Of a stretch of 64,000 nt of DNA, positions 10,254-22,856 are shown piece after piece (position 1 is the first letter of the stretch; each line of letters begins with the position of its first letter). This DNA is from Anolis carolinensis (taxonomy: Eukaryota). The notes beneath the pieces are model-generated. The model saw nothing but the letters and a program-made list of their open reading frames with translations. It ran no database searches and was not told the DNA's origin. The translations under genes were made by a program, and so were the position numbers. The stretch lies in NCBI RefSeq assembly GCF_035594765.1, contig NC_085846.1, positions 20,571,190 to 20,635,189 of the forward strand, read 5' to 3'.

Positions 10254-12340
10254 ACATATACAAATCTTGGGGCATGGTCTGATTGTATACCTTTTTCAAG
10301 AATTAGTCTATCAGCTACCATGGGCCAGATTCAATTCCTCTCATTTCAGATCAATTACAAGGACATTACTTTTTTCCTGGGGTTACTCACTCATTTTTGT
10401 GGTTTCATAAAAGCTAAGTTTAAGAACCCTATGATGGATTTGTTTCTCAGCTGTATGCAGTTTAGTTGCTTGCTTTTTTTTTTTAAAAAAAGTAGTTTAC
10501 TTTTAATCTGCTGGTAGGACATCAGTTTGAAATGTTAATATTTCCCTTCCCCTATAGCCAGAAAACATTTTTAAATGCATGATTTTAAAACCTTTTAACT
10601 ATCCAGTTTTCATGGATCTGAGATGAAAGTATTGACATTGCAGATAGAATTTCTATTACATGGGCAGTTTGTAATAGAAGAGTTTAAGCTATCTTTCCAC
10701 TTGGATTACATACACAGCCTTATTGGTGTTTTATGATGCAGGCTTGTCCCCTACCTGACATTCATGTTCAACCAAGTGTTGGTAATTCTAACAGCTATAA
10801 AGTGTTGTGGTTTTCTGCTGAACTCTATGAATGGGTGGTGGAGGAAAGATAATCATGGAAGCTATTGAGAAAATGACACAATTGACCAATGGAACAATTG
10901 AGGTATACCTCATCTTATTTTGGGGAGACACCCACTCAGTCCATAAGATCCAACCTGAAGAGTGAGAGGTCCATTGCCATCTGCAAGGGGCATACTTTAA
11001 TCACCTGGTAAATATTACAGAAATTCAGGTGGTTGATCCTAACAGAAACAGAATGGGTCAATAAATAAATAGCGAGTCAACACATAGGTGATTCAATGCC
11101 ATTATTCTAGACAGAGTTTAAGCACATATTTAAAACTGTTCAGATAAAAATCCTGCCCCATCACCTTTGCTGTGTTTTCCTCCGCATTCTTGTCGACATA
11201 TATATGGTTTGCATAAAACAAATATTGTTTGGTAGCCACTTCACATTACCAATGGCAATAGATTTTCTCTCTATTGGGTGCTGAAAGAAGTTATACAAAA
11301 TTGCAGACCTCCATCATTTAACTCCAAGTGGTTTCTCTTCCCTGCTTATTGGCTTGTGAGTGACACCAGTTGAATCATGAAGAAAACATCACTTCCAATT
11401 TTCAGTTTAACTCAGCTATTAAGGTAGTGCAGCTCAGGCTCTAGCATCTTTTCTTTCTAATATCTTTCTCCTCGCCATCCATAATATAGCATAGGCTTTA
11501 CCAGTCACCTTTGCACTGTCTATGATTTTTATTATTATTATTTGGTCCTAGGACATGCTTTTTTCGAGTAATACATATAATACTGGATTTTGCTCTAAAC
11601 TAGTGATGGAAACCTATTCCTTTTCTCTTCTTAATGCTCTGTGGAGAGCTATATATTTCAATTTGGTCACCCCCTCACAGAGAAGCCAAACCAGAGCTGG
11701 AAGAGACCACCTAGTCCAACCTCGTGCTATGACAAATTCCTTAAAATGAGAACAATAATAAACACAGCTATCTCCCTCCCCACAACCCTTCTTGTAATTT
11801 GCAGTATAGACCATTAAATCAGCAGTCTGTCAAGGAGAAAGGCCTGTGGAATTCCACTCTCCCCTTCTCCCCTCCTGCAGCCTAGTGAAGTAATGCAAAT
11901 TACTTTGATTGTGACTCAAGCAGTTAAAATGAATGGCTGAAGCATTATTACTTTTATGATTTAAGCAATAAAAATGTCCTGAACATAATAGAGTTTTCTA
12001 TTGAAGTTTCTCCTCCATTATTTCTTTAACAGATGAAACAACTACAAATTCTTGCATCTGGGGGTGACAATTTCATAGCTCAAAAATATTTGGTACAAGG
12101 CATAAAAAACCACGTTGAGTTTTTTTTTGTGAACAGGAATACATTTTCACCACATCCCTGTTTTCATATTACATATGTGATTTATATGATTTATTTTTCT
12201 GTCACAACCATGGGGTGTGGCCATTCAGGACATGTGCATCTCTGATGGGAATGAAAAGGTACTACAAGTTGAAGGAATCGTATTCATGTGATTCTGATTA
12301 CTGGTGTCTGAAAGGGAGAAGTGATGTTCTTTGTCCCAGA

Positions 12341-12580
12341 TTTTTTTTCATCTCAGGAGCGACTTGAGAAACTGCAAGTCACTTCTGGTGTGAGAGAACT
12401 GGCTGCTTGCAAGGACATTGGCCAGGAGATGCCTGGATGTTTTTGATGTTTTACCATCCTTGTGGGAGGCTTCTCTCATGTCCCTGCATGGAGAGCTGGA
12501 GCTGATAGAGGGAGCTCATCCGTGCTCTCCTCGGGTTTGATTCAAACCAGCAATCTTTAGGTCAGCAACCTGACCTTCAG
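12341..12580 (-). mobile_element. tRNA-derived SINE (Anolis SINE2-like)
   Basis: B-box-like GGTTTGAATC on the minus strand and an A-rich tail. Homologous copies at 53474-53652 and 53986-54126. Confidence 0.7.
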
Positions 12581-12679
12581 AGCTCCAATGCAAGTAAGTG
12601 GGGTGCAGGTGGAATATCACCACCAATTCTGCTGACGACGTTCAGTTGAATTACAAAATTGGATCCAATCTGTAATATA

Positions 12680-13010
12680 AGGTAAAGGTAAAGTTTTCCC
12701 CTGACGTTAAGTCCAGTCATGTCTGACTCTGGGAGTTGGTGCTCATCTTCATTTCTATGCCGAAGAGCCGGCGTTGTCCGTAGACACCTCCAAGGTCATG
12801 TGGCTGGCATAACTGCATGGAGCGCCATTACCTTCCCGCTGGAGTGGTACCTATTGATCTACTCACATTGGCATGTTTTCAAACTGCTAGGTTGGCAGAA
12901 GCTGGAGCTAACAGCGGGCGCACATGCCGCTCCCAGGGTTTGAACCTGGGACCTTTCGGTCTGCAAGTTCAGCAGCTCAGTGCTTTAACACACTTTGCCA
13001 CCGGGGCTCC
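12680..13010 (-). mobile_element. Sauria SINE, full length
   Basis: Head GGAGCCCCGGTGGC..GGTTCAAACCC and (ACCTTT)n tail. Copies at 55554-55879 and 62568-62894. Confidence 0.88.
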
Positions 13011-14983
13011 TATATATATATTTCATAAAATATAGATTCCCTAATGTAGATTTCATAAAATCACTTATCTTCTACAGTAGGTAAACATCAAATGGGGACA
13101 ATTTTGTTATTATGACTGGATTTACAAGAAAGTTGCAAATCAATTCAATAAGCTGCAACACAGTTTAAATATTTGCACTTACAATCTGCACATCAATGCT
13201 TTCAAATGCTAAATGCAATACAAAACTGGAAAAATCTATATATACAATTTCCAATCATGGGTAAATGTGTCAGCAAACACAAATTAGGGTGGGGTGGAGG
13301 GAGCATAAATCATTTCTTTTCCTGGATATTTACTTGTAATTTTGTCTTCCATCAGACTGCTGAAAAAAAGCCTCCAGAGATACAAACATACATTAACAAA
13401 TCACACCCCTCTGGTATAGATGATCTGTGACGGTGAGCAGTGGAAGGCTATCTCTAGCTCCAAGAAATCATTTTATAGCAGTGCTGCTATAAAATGTTAT
13501 GGCTCCCTGACTGATACTACACACTGGACCAGAAAGTACCTGAGGAGGAAAAAAGAAATTCCTGAACAAGAAGGGAGAAAAAGTAAGCCACTAGATGTTT
13601 AACCTTACAAAATGGTATATAGCTCTAAATAGAGCACTAAGATTTTTTTCTTTAAGGTAACATGGCAATTCAGATTGTTGATACAGCTGTACCGTTAGAC
13701 CAATGGCTGTACAGGTGAAGGTATTTTCAGCATTCTGCACTTTCACAATTTTGTCATAACAGTATTTTTGTGCAAAACAGGGAATTTTGTGGTGGCTGTA
13801 TATATGGGGAGGAATATAAGTTCAGAAAATTTCAATATATCTTGGTGAAAAATGACTGTGCTCTATTAGTTTGATTAGTTTGGTTTTATTCTAATGTGCC
13901 AGTGTCCACTATTGATGATTTCCATGCCAATAAAAATACATCTTTGAACAGTACTGCAAGCTCAGTGCTCTTAAATGTCTGAGTTTCATACAATTGAAAA
14001 TTATTATAACCATGTATGAATGTGTATGGGAATAAATTACACTTAATTTAAACTTAGAGAAGAGTTGACCTGCCAAGAATTGCACAGTTAATAAGTAATT
14101 TAGTGAAGACCTGGATGGTAAATGTCTGACTCTCCAGATATTTGACTGCTTCCTAAATAATCATAGTTTATCACTGGCTATTCAAGCTAGGACTGGTAGC
14201 AATAACTATTCAACAATATCTAAAGGATTACCCATGGGCTAAGAGTAACTCATTCAGCATATGCATCAAAGTTATTCAGTGTTTTTGCTGAAAGTTAAGG
14301 TGGAAATACAGTGAGGAAGAGGAGGAGAGCAAGGCTGAAGACCATAGAACAATGCTTCTCAAGCTTTTGAACAAGTGGGAATTTTGCCAGTGCCAGACTT
14401 TTGAGGAAAAAGGTTCAGCTGTGGGGAAGTTCTGGGACAACTTAGAACAGTGGTAGGAGAAGCACCAACCACAGGAATATGGTTGCTTCCCCCACAGCCA
14501 TGGGTCCATTAGTCATCACAGGAGTGTGTATGGTTTATACTCAGCTCAATGACAGTCCCATACCCAAAAGCAATTGAACAACATGATGGTTTCTGTCCAA
14601 TCTGTAAGAGAATTATATGGACAATGATAAGACATGAAAGAATCCAGTAGCACCTTTGAGACAAATCAGGAGAATATTTTTACGCTTGAAATTTATTCTT
14701 CCAAGTGTGACGCAAAAGTGCTATGGGATTCCTTTATATCTTTAATGTTAATTAAAAGGTTAAAATGGCTTTATCTTTGAACACTAGAAAATAATGTATC
14801 ATAATGAGATCCATTCTATGAAGGCAATAGTTCCAATCCCACTTTAAAAAGATAGCTTTATTAATTAGTTTATTATAAATATAAAGATGTACTGTTAGTG
14901 GTGGTAGAATGTAATCACCTTTCGGACTGCTTAATTTTAGTAAAAGATTTCATCGATTTCATCACACATTTTCAAATGGAGTA

Positions 14984-15306
14984 CAGTAGAGTCTCACTTA
15001 TCCAAGCTAAACGGGCCAGCAGAACATTGGATAAGCGAATATCTTGGATAATAAGGAGGGATTAAAGAAAAGCCTATTAAACATCAAATTAAGTTATGAT
15101 TTCACAAATTAAGCACCAAAACATCATGTTATACAACAAATTTGACAGAGAATGTAGTTCAATACGCAGTAATGTTATGGTGTAATTACTGTATTTACGA
15201 ATTTAGCACCAAAATATCACGATATATTGAAAACATTGACTACAAAAATGCATTGGATAATCCAGAACCTTGGATAAGCGAGTCTTGGATAAGTGAGACT
15301 CTACTG
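14984..15306. mobile_element. Tc1/mariner (Tigger-like) MITE
   Basis: Perfect 23-bp TIR CAGTAGAGTCTCACTTATCCAAG, with TA duplication on both sides. Confidence 0.92.
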
Positions 15307-15866
15307 TACATTGTTAACTCTACAGTTAGGCACAATTACTTGATAATAAGGGTGGACTAAGAATGCAATGGATATTAAAAGATGCAAGTTGTGACAGTGG
15401 CCACAAACCTTCAAAAGGTTGAGCAAAATGATACAGCAGTCATATTAGGGTGTCTCAATGTGTTGCTTCTTCAGGTATTCACGTAATATATTTTGTGTCT
15501 CTCAAAATCCATTGGGCACCTGAAAGTTAGCTCGGGGGACAGAATACTGTACATTATTTCACATGCAACAAAGGGATCATTCTGTGAACAGTCTTGTCTT
15601 GCAATACTGTATCATCTTAACATGAGTCACATATTTCTGTACCTATTGACTTCTGTTGATATGCTTACAACTATGAAATTCTGCTTAAATAATCTTGACT
15701 TGAATACTATTCTCCATCAGTGCCTCTGAAAAAGTGGAGTGCAATTCAGAAACTCCCTCTTTAATAGACCATTTATTATGTTTTCTCCTCATATGTTATT
15801 AATGAAATGATCATTAATAGGTATGTTGCTTTAACATTACATTTTGTCTTCTCTTCTAGAAGTGGA

Positions 15867-16820
15867 ATGAATAATCAGTCCTCCATCACTGAATTTCTCC
15901 TCCTTGAATTCTCTGCAATTCGAGAACTGCAGATTCTACACTTCCTTTTGTTCCTGGTTTTGTATTTGTCAGTTTTATCAGGAAATCTTCTCATCGTCTC
16001 TGCAGTAACTTGGGATCGCCATCTTCATACCCCTTTGTACTTCTTTCTTATGAATTTGGCCATTCAGGACATAGGCTCTGTCTCAGCTATCATACCTAAA
16101 TCTATGGTCAATTCTTTCATGAATACCAGACACATTTCCTTCTCAGGATGTGTTGCTCAAGTCTTCTCCTTTGTGTTCTTTGTGGGATCTGATTTCTTTC
16201 TCCTCACAGTTATGGCATATGATCGGTTTGTTGCCATCTGCAATCCTTTACATTATGAAATGGTAATGAACAAGCAAACCTGTACACAAATGGTAGCCAC
16301 TGTTTGGATCACTGGTTTTTTCTATGGCGCTTTACATACTGGAGGTACTTTTGTAGTTCCTTTTTGCTCCAACATTGTCAATCAGTTCTATTGTGAAATC
16401 CCACATTTACTAAAGCTCTCCTGCTCTAACTCATACCTAGTTGAAATTTTTGTTCTTGTGGTCAGTGCTATTATAGAATTAGGATGTTTTGTCTTCATCA
16501 TAATTACATATGTGTTGATATTCAGTGCTGTGCTAAGAATCCCCTCTGTTCAGGGAAGGCAAAAGGCATTGTCTACCTGTCTCCCACACCTCATTGTATT
16601 CTCTATATTTATTTTCACTGGATGGTTTGCCTACTTGCGGCCTCCCTCTCATACTCCATCTACTTTTGATTTGGTTTTAACAGTGATATATACCTTTCTT
16701 CCACCCTTGATGAATCCTGTTATCTATAGCATGAGAAATAAAGAGATCAAGAGTGCCATAGTAAAGCTATTAATTTCACTATGTTCTTCCATTGAAACCT
16801 ATTTAACTATTTTTATGTAA
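15867..16820 (+). CDS. Olfactory receptor (family-14-like), OR-B, 317 aa
   Basis: Starts MNNQSS after the acceptor AG at 15858-15859. Motifs HTPLYFFL, MAYDRFVAICNPL, KALSTCLPHL, NPVIYSMRNKEI. Confidence 0.95.
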   Translation: MNNQSSITEFLLLEFSAIRELQILHFLLFLVLYLSVLSGNLLIVSAVTWDRHLHTPLYFFLMNLAIQDIGSVSAIIPKSMVNSFMNTRHISFSGCVAQVFSFVFFVGSDFFLLTVMAYDRFVAICNPLHYEMVMNKQTCTQMVATVWITGFFYGALHTGGTFVVPFCSNIVNQFYCEIPHLLKLSCSNSYLVEIFVLVVSAIIELGCFVFIIITYVLIFSAVLRIPSVQGRQKALSTCLPHLIVFSIFIFTGWFAYLRPPSHTPSTFDLVLTVIYTFLPPLMNPVIYSMRNKEIKSAIVKLLISLCSSIETYLTIFM

Positions 16821-16824
16821 CTAT

Positions 16825-17401
16825 GGGCCCATCCAGACAGATCTATAATGCAGGATCTGTCTCGGTTTTACTGGAGGTGTCCAAATGACACCTCTGGTAA
16901 AACCGAATTAATTTGGAACAATGCAAAGTTTCCCTGTTTTGTTCTGAATTAATAAAAAAATCTGGTGAGATCTGTCTTAACACATGTGGGCTTGTGTGGA
17001 TTGGGCCTGGGGACAACATCACATGATCCCCAGGCCCAATCAACATAGCCTTTTAAGTTTTTCAGGCTCCAGAAGCCCCCCAAAAAACAAGAGGGAAGCC
17101 ATCCCCCAAAGCTCCAAAATAGCACCTAAAAATAAAATAAAGCTTACCTGACCAACCACTTGGGTCTTCTGGTGCATCATTTCCTTGTGTTAGGAGGGCA
17201 TGAGGAGGAACATAATGGCGGCCAGGTAAGATTTATTTTATTTTTAGGGTTTATTTTGGGAGGTTTTGAGATGGCATGTAGTCACTCTACCCAGGAAAGC
17301 CTTTTTTTTGGGGGGGGGGTGCAGTGGGGACTCAAACCTGCAACAAAGCTGGCTTTTTAAACCCACTTTGGCATGGGTTTTAGTCTTATTTGGAAGCACC
17401 C
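16825..17401 (+). mobile_element. PIF/Harbinger-like MITE
   Basis: Imperfect TIR GGGCCCATCCA / TGGAAGCACCC, 3-bp duplication TAT, internal hairpin. Related copies at 25378-26500 and 47884-48636. Confidence 0.7.
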
Positions 17402-17851
17402 TATATGATTGTTACTTTTATTTGTGAGTGAGAAAGGAAAAAATAAATCCTTAATTTGGAATATTTCTAAAAGGAATGAAGAACTTGGTTTAGGAATCTC
17501 AGATACTGGGATGCCTGAAATCAAAACTTCAGCCATTTCCCCACATTAACCACATTTATAGATGCCTATAGACTTCATAACTTTGAATTACCTGATCATG
17601 TGTAATAAGGGCTACCCACCACACATCTTCTTTGATGTTCTAAATACTAATTGCAATGCATAAAGGAGGCTATGGTCTCTCACAGAACTCAATGAATGTG
17701 TGATGATAAGAGAAGTGTAACCAGGAATGTTGTACATATAGATAGACACAGGCAGCATATGGATTCTCATTACTTGGTGATGGTTCTTGATCAGTATTAC
17801 TCAGTCTGTGAACCAGCAGTGGCTAAACTCATTAGATGCATGGCATAAAAC

Positions 17852-17957
17852 TCCTGTTATCTATAGCATGAGAATCAAATAGGTTAATACTGCTGTAGCA
17901 CAGTATCAATTTCATTGTGTTCTTCCACAGAAACCTATTTTATTATTTCTATGTAAT
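17852..17957 (+). pseudogene. OR 3'-end fragment (paralog of the OR-B C-terminus)
   Basis: TCCTGTTATCTATAGCATGAGAA..GAAACCTATTT..ATGTAA aligns to 16715-16820, with an in-frame TAG and an indel. Confidence 0.8.
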
Positions 17958-19529
17958 GATTACCGGTAGTTATTTTTATTTGTATGTAGGAAAGAAAAAA
18001 AGTTGATGTGATACATTCCTTTAAAAAAACAGAACCTTTCTCAGTTATATCATATACTGGATTTTATGTTGTTGGAATCATTTCATGCTATAATGCTTGA
18101 AGTCTGGAACACTAGGCTTGAAAATTAATTCAGTAATGTTTAACTATGGGAACTGAGAGTAGAATTCATTGCCATTGACACTAATAAAGGAAAAGATTTG
18201 ATTGGTTGAATGATCTCTGATTCATTTATTTCCTGAAGAGACTATGGCATTTCCTAAGAAGATTGTAGATCCTGTCACTCATAATCCCTAAAGACATATT
18301 GTATTATTAGCACCATTAAATCTACTCTTTCTGTTGCTTTCAAGTTGCCTTCTACCAGCCTGGATTTTTCACCATTATGCTTGCTATTACAGAATGACAG
18401 AAATCCAACACATCATGAAACTGTGTCCTGGTAATTCATCTTGTGAACTGTTGAATTCAGTGTTGTTACTGATCTGTTTTGTCTTATTTTCTATCTATTG
18501 CTCACAGATCAACATGTATAAGTTGGGTAACCCTCACAAACCTTTACAACTTTCAATAAGAAATGTTGTGGAGTAATTAGAAGCTGGTTAAAAAGATCAG
18601 TCTATGACCAAAACATGAAGGCTTCTTTATCAGAAACATTTTCAATATATTTGAATAAATGCGCAATATTTTATGCAGCAGATAAACACTATGTCCTCCA
18701 TGCCTCCTTCATTCCATATCAGAAGATAAGATCTTCAAAATTTAGTAGTAAAGCATATGCTTTGCATGCAGAGAGCAGCCTTTAGCATCTCTAGTTTAAA
18801 ATAAGAGCTATCAAAGAGCTTGTCTACACTAGCATTTATCCAAAATTAGAACAAAAGTCAAACCTGGATGTCCCGATGATGTCCATGGACTTCCAGTTCT
18901 TAATGAAGAGTAAGTTGAGCAGAGCCATATTTACTCCATGTTAAGTCGAGCAATGCTCTAGAGTTTCATTGAAGTGAGTGTGGGCAGTAGACTGGCTCCA
19001 TAGCGAACTGGTCTGCTGTCCAGATGGCCAGCGCCATCATTCCCTTTTCCTTGCACTCAGTGGTACAGGGGAAAGGGTCTGTATCAGGACTATGTTGTCT
19101 GACTCACTCACCTGGATTTTGGCACTGCTGATGGTCGAAGATAAGAGCATCTGATCTGAATAGCTGTGTGGTATTTGGGGCTGGACAGAATGATTAATGT
19201 TCCAGGCTGGCCCTAAGGTCTTGGTATAGGTGAAGATGAGCCCTAAAGCCCAGTATTCTCAATGTACTTTACATGGCATTTGGAATTTTTGCAGCTAAGT
19301 TCAAGAGAGAATTGAAATAGCCCAAAATGGATACAAGAACATATTTTGCTGCATCCCAGCCTCTTTGCTCAAAGGCTAAAGCATTATTCCCCATTCCTAT
19401 CACCTCAAAATAAAAAGAGGACTTAATAGCTCTAGCCAAGACTCTCAACATCTTTGACCCACTGAAAAAGAAGCTAAATTAAAAGAATAGGGGAGAGTGA
19501 GTGAGAGACTGTTGGAGAAATAGAGGGAT

Positions 19530-19532
<3 letters not shown>

Positions 19533-19597
<65 letters not shown>
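19533..19597. repeat. (GA)n microsatellite
   Basis: Directly visible. Confidence 0.98.
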
Positions 19598-19598
<1 letters not shown>

Positions 19599-20139
19599 CC
19601 AAAAAAGGAAAATACCTGTGGAAAGAAATTAGAGGAAAACTCTCAACTTAATTATATAATGTTATTGCTCATTGTGTGAGCAATAGCATGCACACTAAAA
19701 AGAATAAAAGAGGTTCAATGCAAAAGCAATAATGTATAATTGTGCCTATTATATTATCAACTGTTTAGTTGATACAATAACAGAGGACAGAAAGAACTGA
19801 AATTCATACATAATCCACTAAACGTCCAAAAGTGCTTATATAAGTAACTGTAAAGCATATCAGCCATTCAAACATTGTGGGACTGGCATTCCAAAATGAC
19901 TCCAGCTTCTTGCTAACCTTCTCCATTTTGAGATTTCAGTCTTTAACGCTGTCCATACATTTGACACATTTATGTAGCAATTATTATCACATTATGTAAA
20001 GAAATCACTCTGTATTCATAAGGTCCTAGGTGTTGAATTTCCACCAACCTGCTGCAAGGGAAGGGTTTTCTAAAAAATAATTTTTATTCCAGAAAGAGAC
20101 AAAATAAAACACCTAAATTAGTATTTTAGATAAATTGCC

Positions 20140-20388
20140 AGCCAGTCACCCCTTCCCACAGCTGTGCATCATCGCCAAAACGCTGCGTTGAGGATGCAAG
20201 CGGCAGAGTTTTGTGGGGAAGGAGTTGCCAGGCTCATTCATCGCTATGATAAGTGCCTAGATTTGAATGGCGACTATGTTGAGAAGTGGTATTTGGGTGT
20301 GGTTTTCAACTGCATATGCTAAATGTTTTATCCTATACTTTGTTCATTTTTAATTCCAAAACATAATCTACTTTCTGGATAACCCTCG
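20140..20388 (+). mobile_element. Mariner fragment (transposase C-terminus + right TIR)
   Basis: From 20188 it translates LRMQAAEFCGEGVARLIHRYDKCLDLNGDYVEK, the typical mariner C-terminal motif. Ends ..GGATAACCCTCG|TA. No left TIR seen. Confidence 0.8.
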
Positions 20389-20529
20389 TATATGATAACA
20401 ACAGTGCATTATTGATTAAATCTTATGTAAAATATTATAACCTCTCACAAATGGAATATTAAAGAAGCATAAATCTACATCATAAAACTTTTGGTGCTCT
20501 CTTACTTTCATATACCTTTTTCACACTTA

Positions 20530-20816
20530 TGTCAACTACTAATTAGATGTCATGATAATTGTATTAGATGCTTCCAGAGTACAATGTTCCCCTGGGACAC
20601 CACCTGCTACCTTCCATTGTTGTTTTGAGTCCAAGTCTCAAAGAACATATAGGTCAATACCCCATGGAGCCAAATTTGTATTGTCAGTGGAAGCAGATTT
20701 TTCTTATTGTGAAGGTGTGGAAAGGAAATGTCTATAAAATGCCATTGTTAACTAAGTCAAATAGAGAAGAATGTGGATCAGCATTTGAAAGAACTCTTAT
20801 TGGAAAAGCAGTGAGT
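20530..20816 (+). promoter_or_regulatory. Putative OR-C promoter and non-coding first exon
   Basis: TAATTA at 20540-20545, perfect O/E (EBF) site TCCCCTGGGA at 20588-20597, TATAAAA at 20733-20739, donor GTGAGT at 20811. Same order upstream of OR-D and OR-E. Confidence 0.7.
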
Positions 20817-21902
20817 AATTTATTAATATCTCTTTAACTGAAATGATCTCTATCCTTGTTTTTCTGTGAATATAGACTGTATATTTTCCATGATTTTCTT
20901 CTTGCAATTACTGGCAGATAAATATTGGTTGTAATTTAAATGTTCTGTTGTTACACAGTTCTACAGAATTGATGTCACACAAAAGAATATCAGAAGAGAG
21001 AGCCATTCCTCAGCTTTTACAGCAATATGAAAGACTGACTGGTTCAAATGAAGAACCACTATTGGCACAAGTGAATTTCCACTCTGACATAATCATTTGG
21101 TATTACACTTTGGTAAGAATGTATCTTTCTTTCATTTAACTTTTCTTCTACCTGTTTGATAAATTTATCTTTCTGTAAAAGGCTTGTTAAAATATTTTTC
21201 TTAAAGTCCTTAAGTAAACTAGTTGGTAATTTCAATCTCTGGATTTACTGATATTAACAAAAAATAATAATAGAAAAAACCCCAGATATGAACTTTTTGG
21301 GATATTGTGATTGGCACTCAATGCTTTTTAAATTTTGAGTCCGGGCCCCAAATGGGGTCCTGCAACAGGAAAAATTTGGCAACAGTAAAAGGCTTCTGAA
21401 TGGCACCCAATAGCTGTTTGAGACATTTACAGAAATTGAGGAACGTGGCATCTGGTCAGAAGAATGGATTCCTGATAGACTACCACAACCCTGCCTCCCT
21501 GCCCCCTGAGTCTGGCCTACTGATGCACTCCGTAGTCTGGTGGACACAACTGGGTGAGATTAGCTCCCCCCCCCCAACTAATCCAACCAGGTTTCGGCAA
21601 AGCAGGCCAGATCTGTCTTTAATATAAGACACTGACTTATTTTTGGGGAAACACGGTATTTCCTGGCAACCTGGACTCTGTATGCCAACCCTAAAACTTA
21701 TTTCCCAAATCCTATGAAGCAGCCTTTCCAGAACAAGAGCAAAGTTATCACATCATAATATTTGTTGTGAAAGTTCAATTCCTGTATTTGATAGAGCATT
21801 TCTGACTTGTATTTCACACATCTAAAAGTAGAATTCAGTGAGTTATATTTTAAAATTTTCTTTCCTTTTTCTCCACCAGATAGTATAATTAATGAGTGAA
21901 AA

Positions 21903-22856
21903 ATGGATAATCAATCTTCTGTCTCTGAATTTCTGCTCCTTGAATTCTCAGCAACCTGGGAACTTCAGATTCTACACTTCATGCTGTTTCTTATCTTATA
22001 TTTTACAACTGTAGCAGGGAATACTCTCATAATTGTTGCTGTAGTTTTGGACCATCGTCTCCATAGCCCCTTGTACTTCTTTCTGCTGAACCTTGCCATT
22101 CAGGACCTAGGCTCTGTTTCAGTCACTGTCCCTAAATACGTCATCGGTTCTATTATGAATGACAGACGTATTTCTTACTCAGGATGTGTGGCTCAAGTCC
22201 TTTTCTTTGTCTTCTTTACAGCATCTGATGTTGCCTTACTTACAGTCATGGCATATGATCGGTTCATTGCTATTTGCAATCCATTGCGATATGAAAGAAT
22301 AATGAACAGAAGAGCCTGCATACAAATGGCAGTCATTGCCTGGTTGGCTACATTTCTTAATGCTGTATTACACACGTGTGGAACATTTGCAACTCCTTTC
22401 TGCTCTAATATTGTCAATCAATTCTTTTGCGAAATACCACAATTACTTAGGCTTGCCTGCACTGACTCTTATCCAATTGAAATGGGAGCTATTTTGTTTA
22501 GTATAATGATTTGGTTTGGCTGTTTTATCTTTATTATTGTAACTTATGTACAAATCTTCACAGCTGTTTTGAAAATTCCCTCGTCTCTAGGGAGGAAAAA
22601 GGCCCTTACTACTTGTATACCCCATCTCATTGTTGTCTCCATGTTTTCATTGACTGTATGCCTTGCTTACCTAAGGCCCAGTTCTAGTACGTCTTCTTCA
22701 CTGGAGTTTCTGGTTACCATAATGTATTCTGTATTCCCACCCATGCTGAATCCTTTGATCTACAGCCTGAGAAACAAGGAGATCAAGCTCGCCCTTTCAA
22801 GACTTTTGACATTGAGATCATCTTCCAACAATGCTTTCTTTTTCTGTACTCCTTAA
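21903..22856 (+). CDS. Olfactory receptor (family-14-like), OR-C, 317 aa
   Basis: HSPLYFFL, MAYDRFIAICNPL, FFCEIPQLL, TCIPHL, PPMLNPLIYSLRNKEI. Acceptor AG at 21878-21879. Confidence 0.95.
   Translation: MDNQSSVSEFLLLEFSATWELQILHFMLFLILYFTTVAGNTLIIVAVVLDHRLHSPLYFFLLNLAIQDLGSVSVTVPKYVIGSIMNDRRISYSGCVAQVLFFVFFTASDVALLTVMAYDRFIAICNPLRYERIMNRRACIQMAVIAWLATFLNAVLHTCGTFATPFCSNIVNQFFCEIPQLLRLACTDSYPIEMGAILFSIMIWFGCFIFIIVTYVQIFTAVLKIPSSLGRKKALTTCIPHLIVVSMFSLTVCLAYLRPSSSTSSSLEFLVTIMYSVFPPMLNPLIYSLRNKEIKLALSRLLTLRSSSNNAFFFCTP

Noticed and set aside
13330-13590. Possible OR-B promoter (CTATAAAATG at ~13487, donor-like GTAAGC at ~13583)
   Set aside because: No clear HD + O/E arrangement and no alignable paralog to support it, so it is left uncalled.
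15807-15866. 20-aa N-terminal extension of OR-B (also the GTG start at 45243 and TTG start at 58113)
   Set aside because: For OR-B and OR-F the extension crosses a polypyrimidine/AG acceptor. Non-ATG starts come from the ORF caller, and the paralog-like ATG lies downstream in each case.
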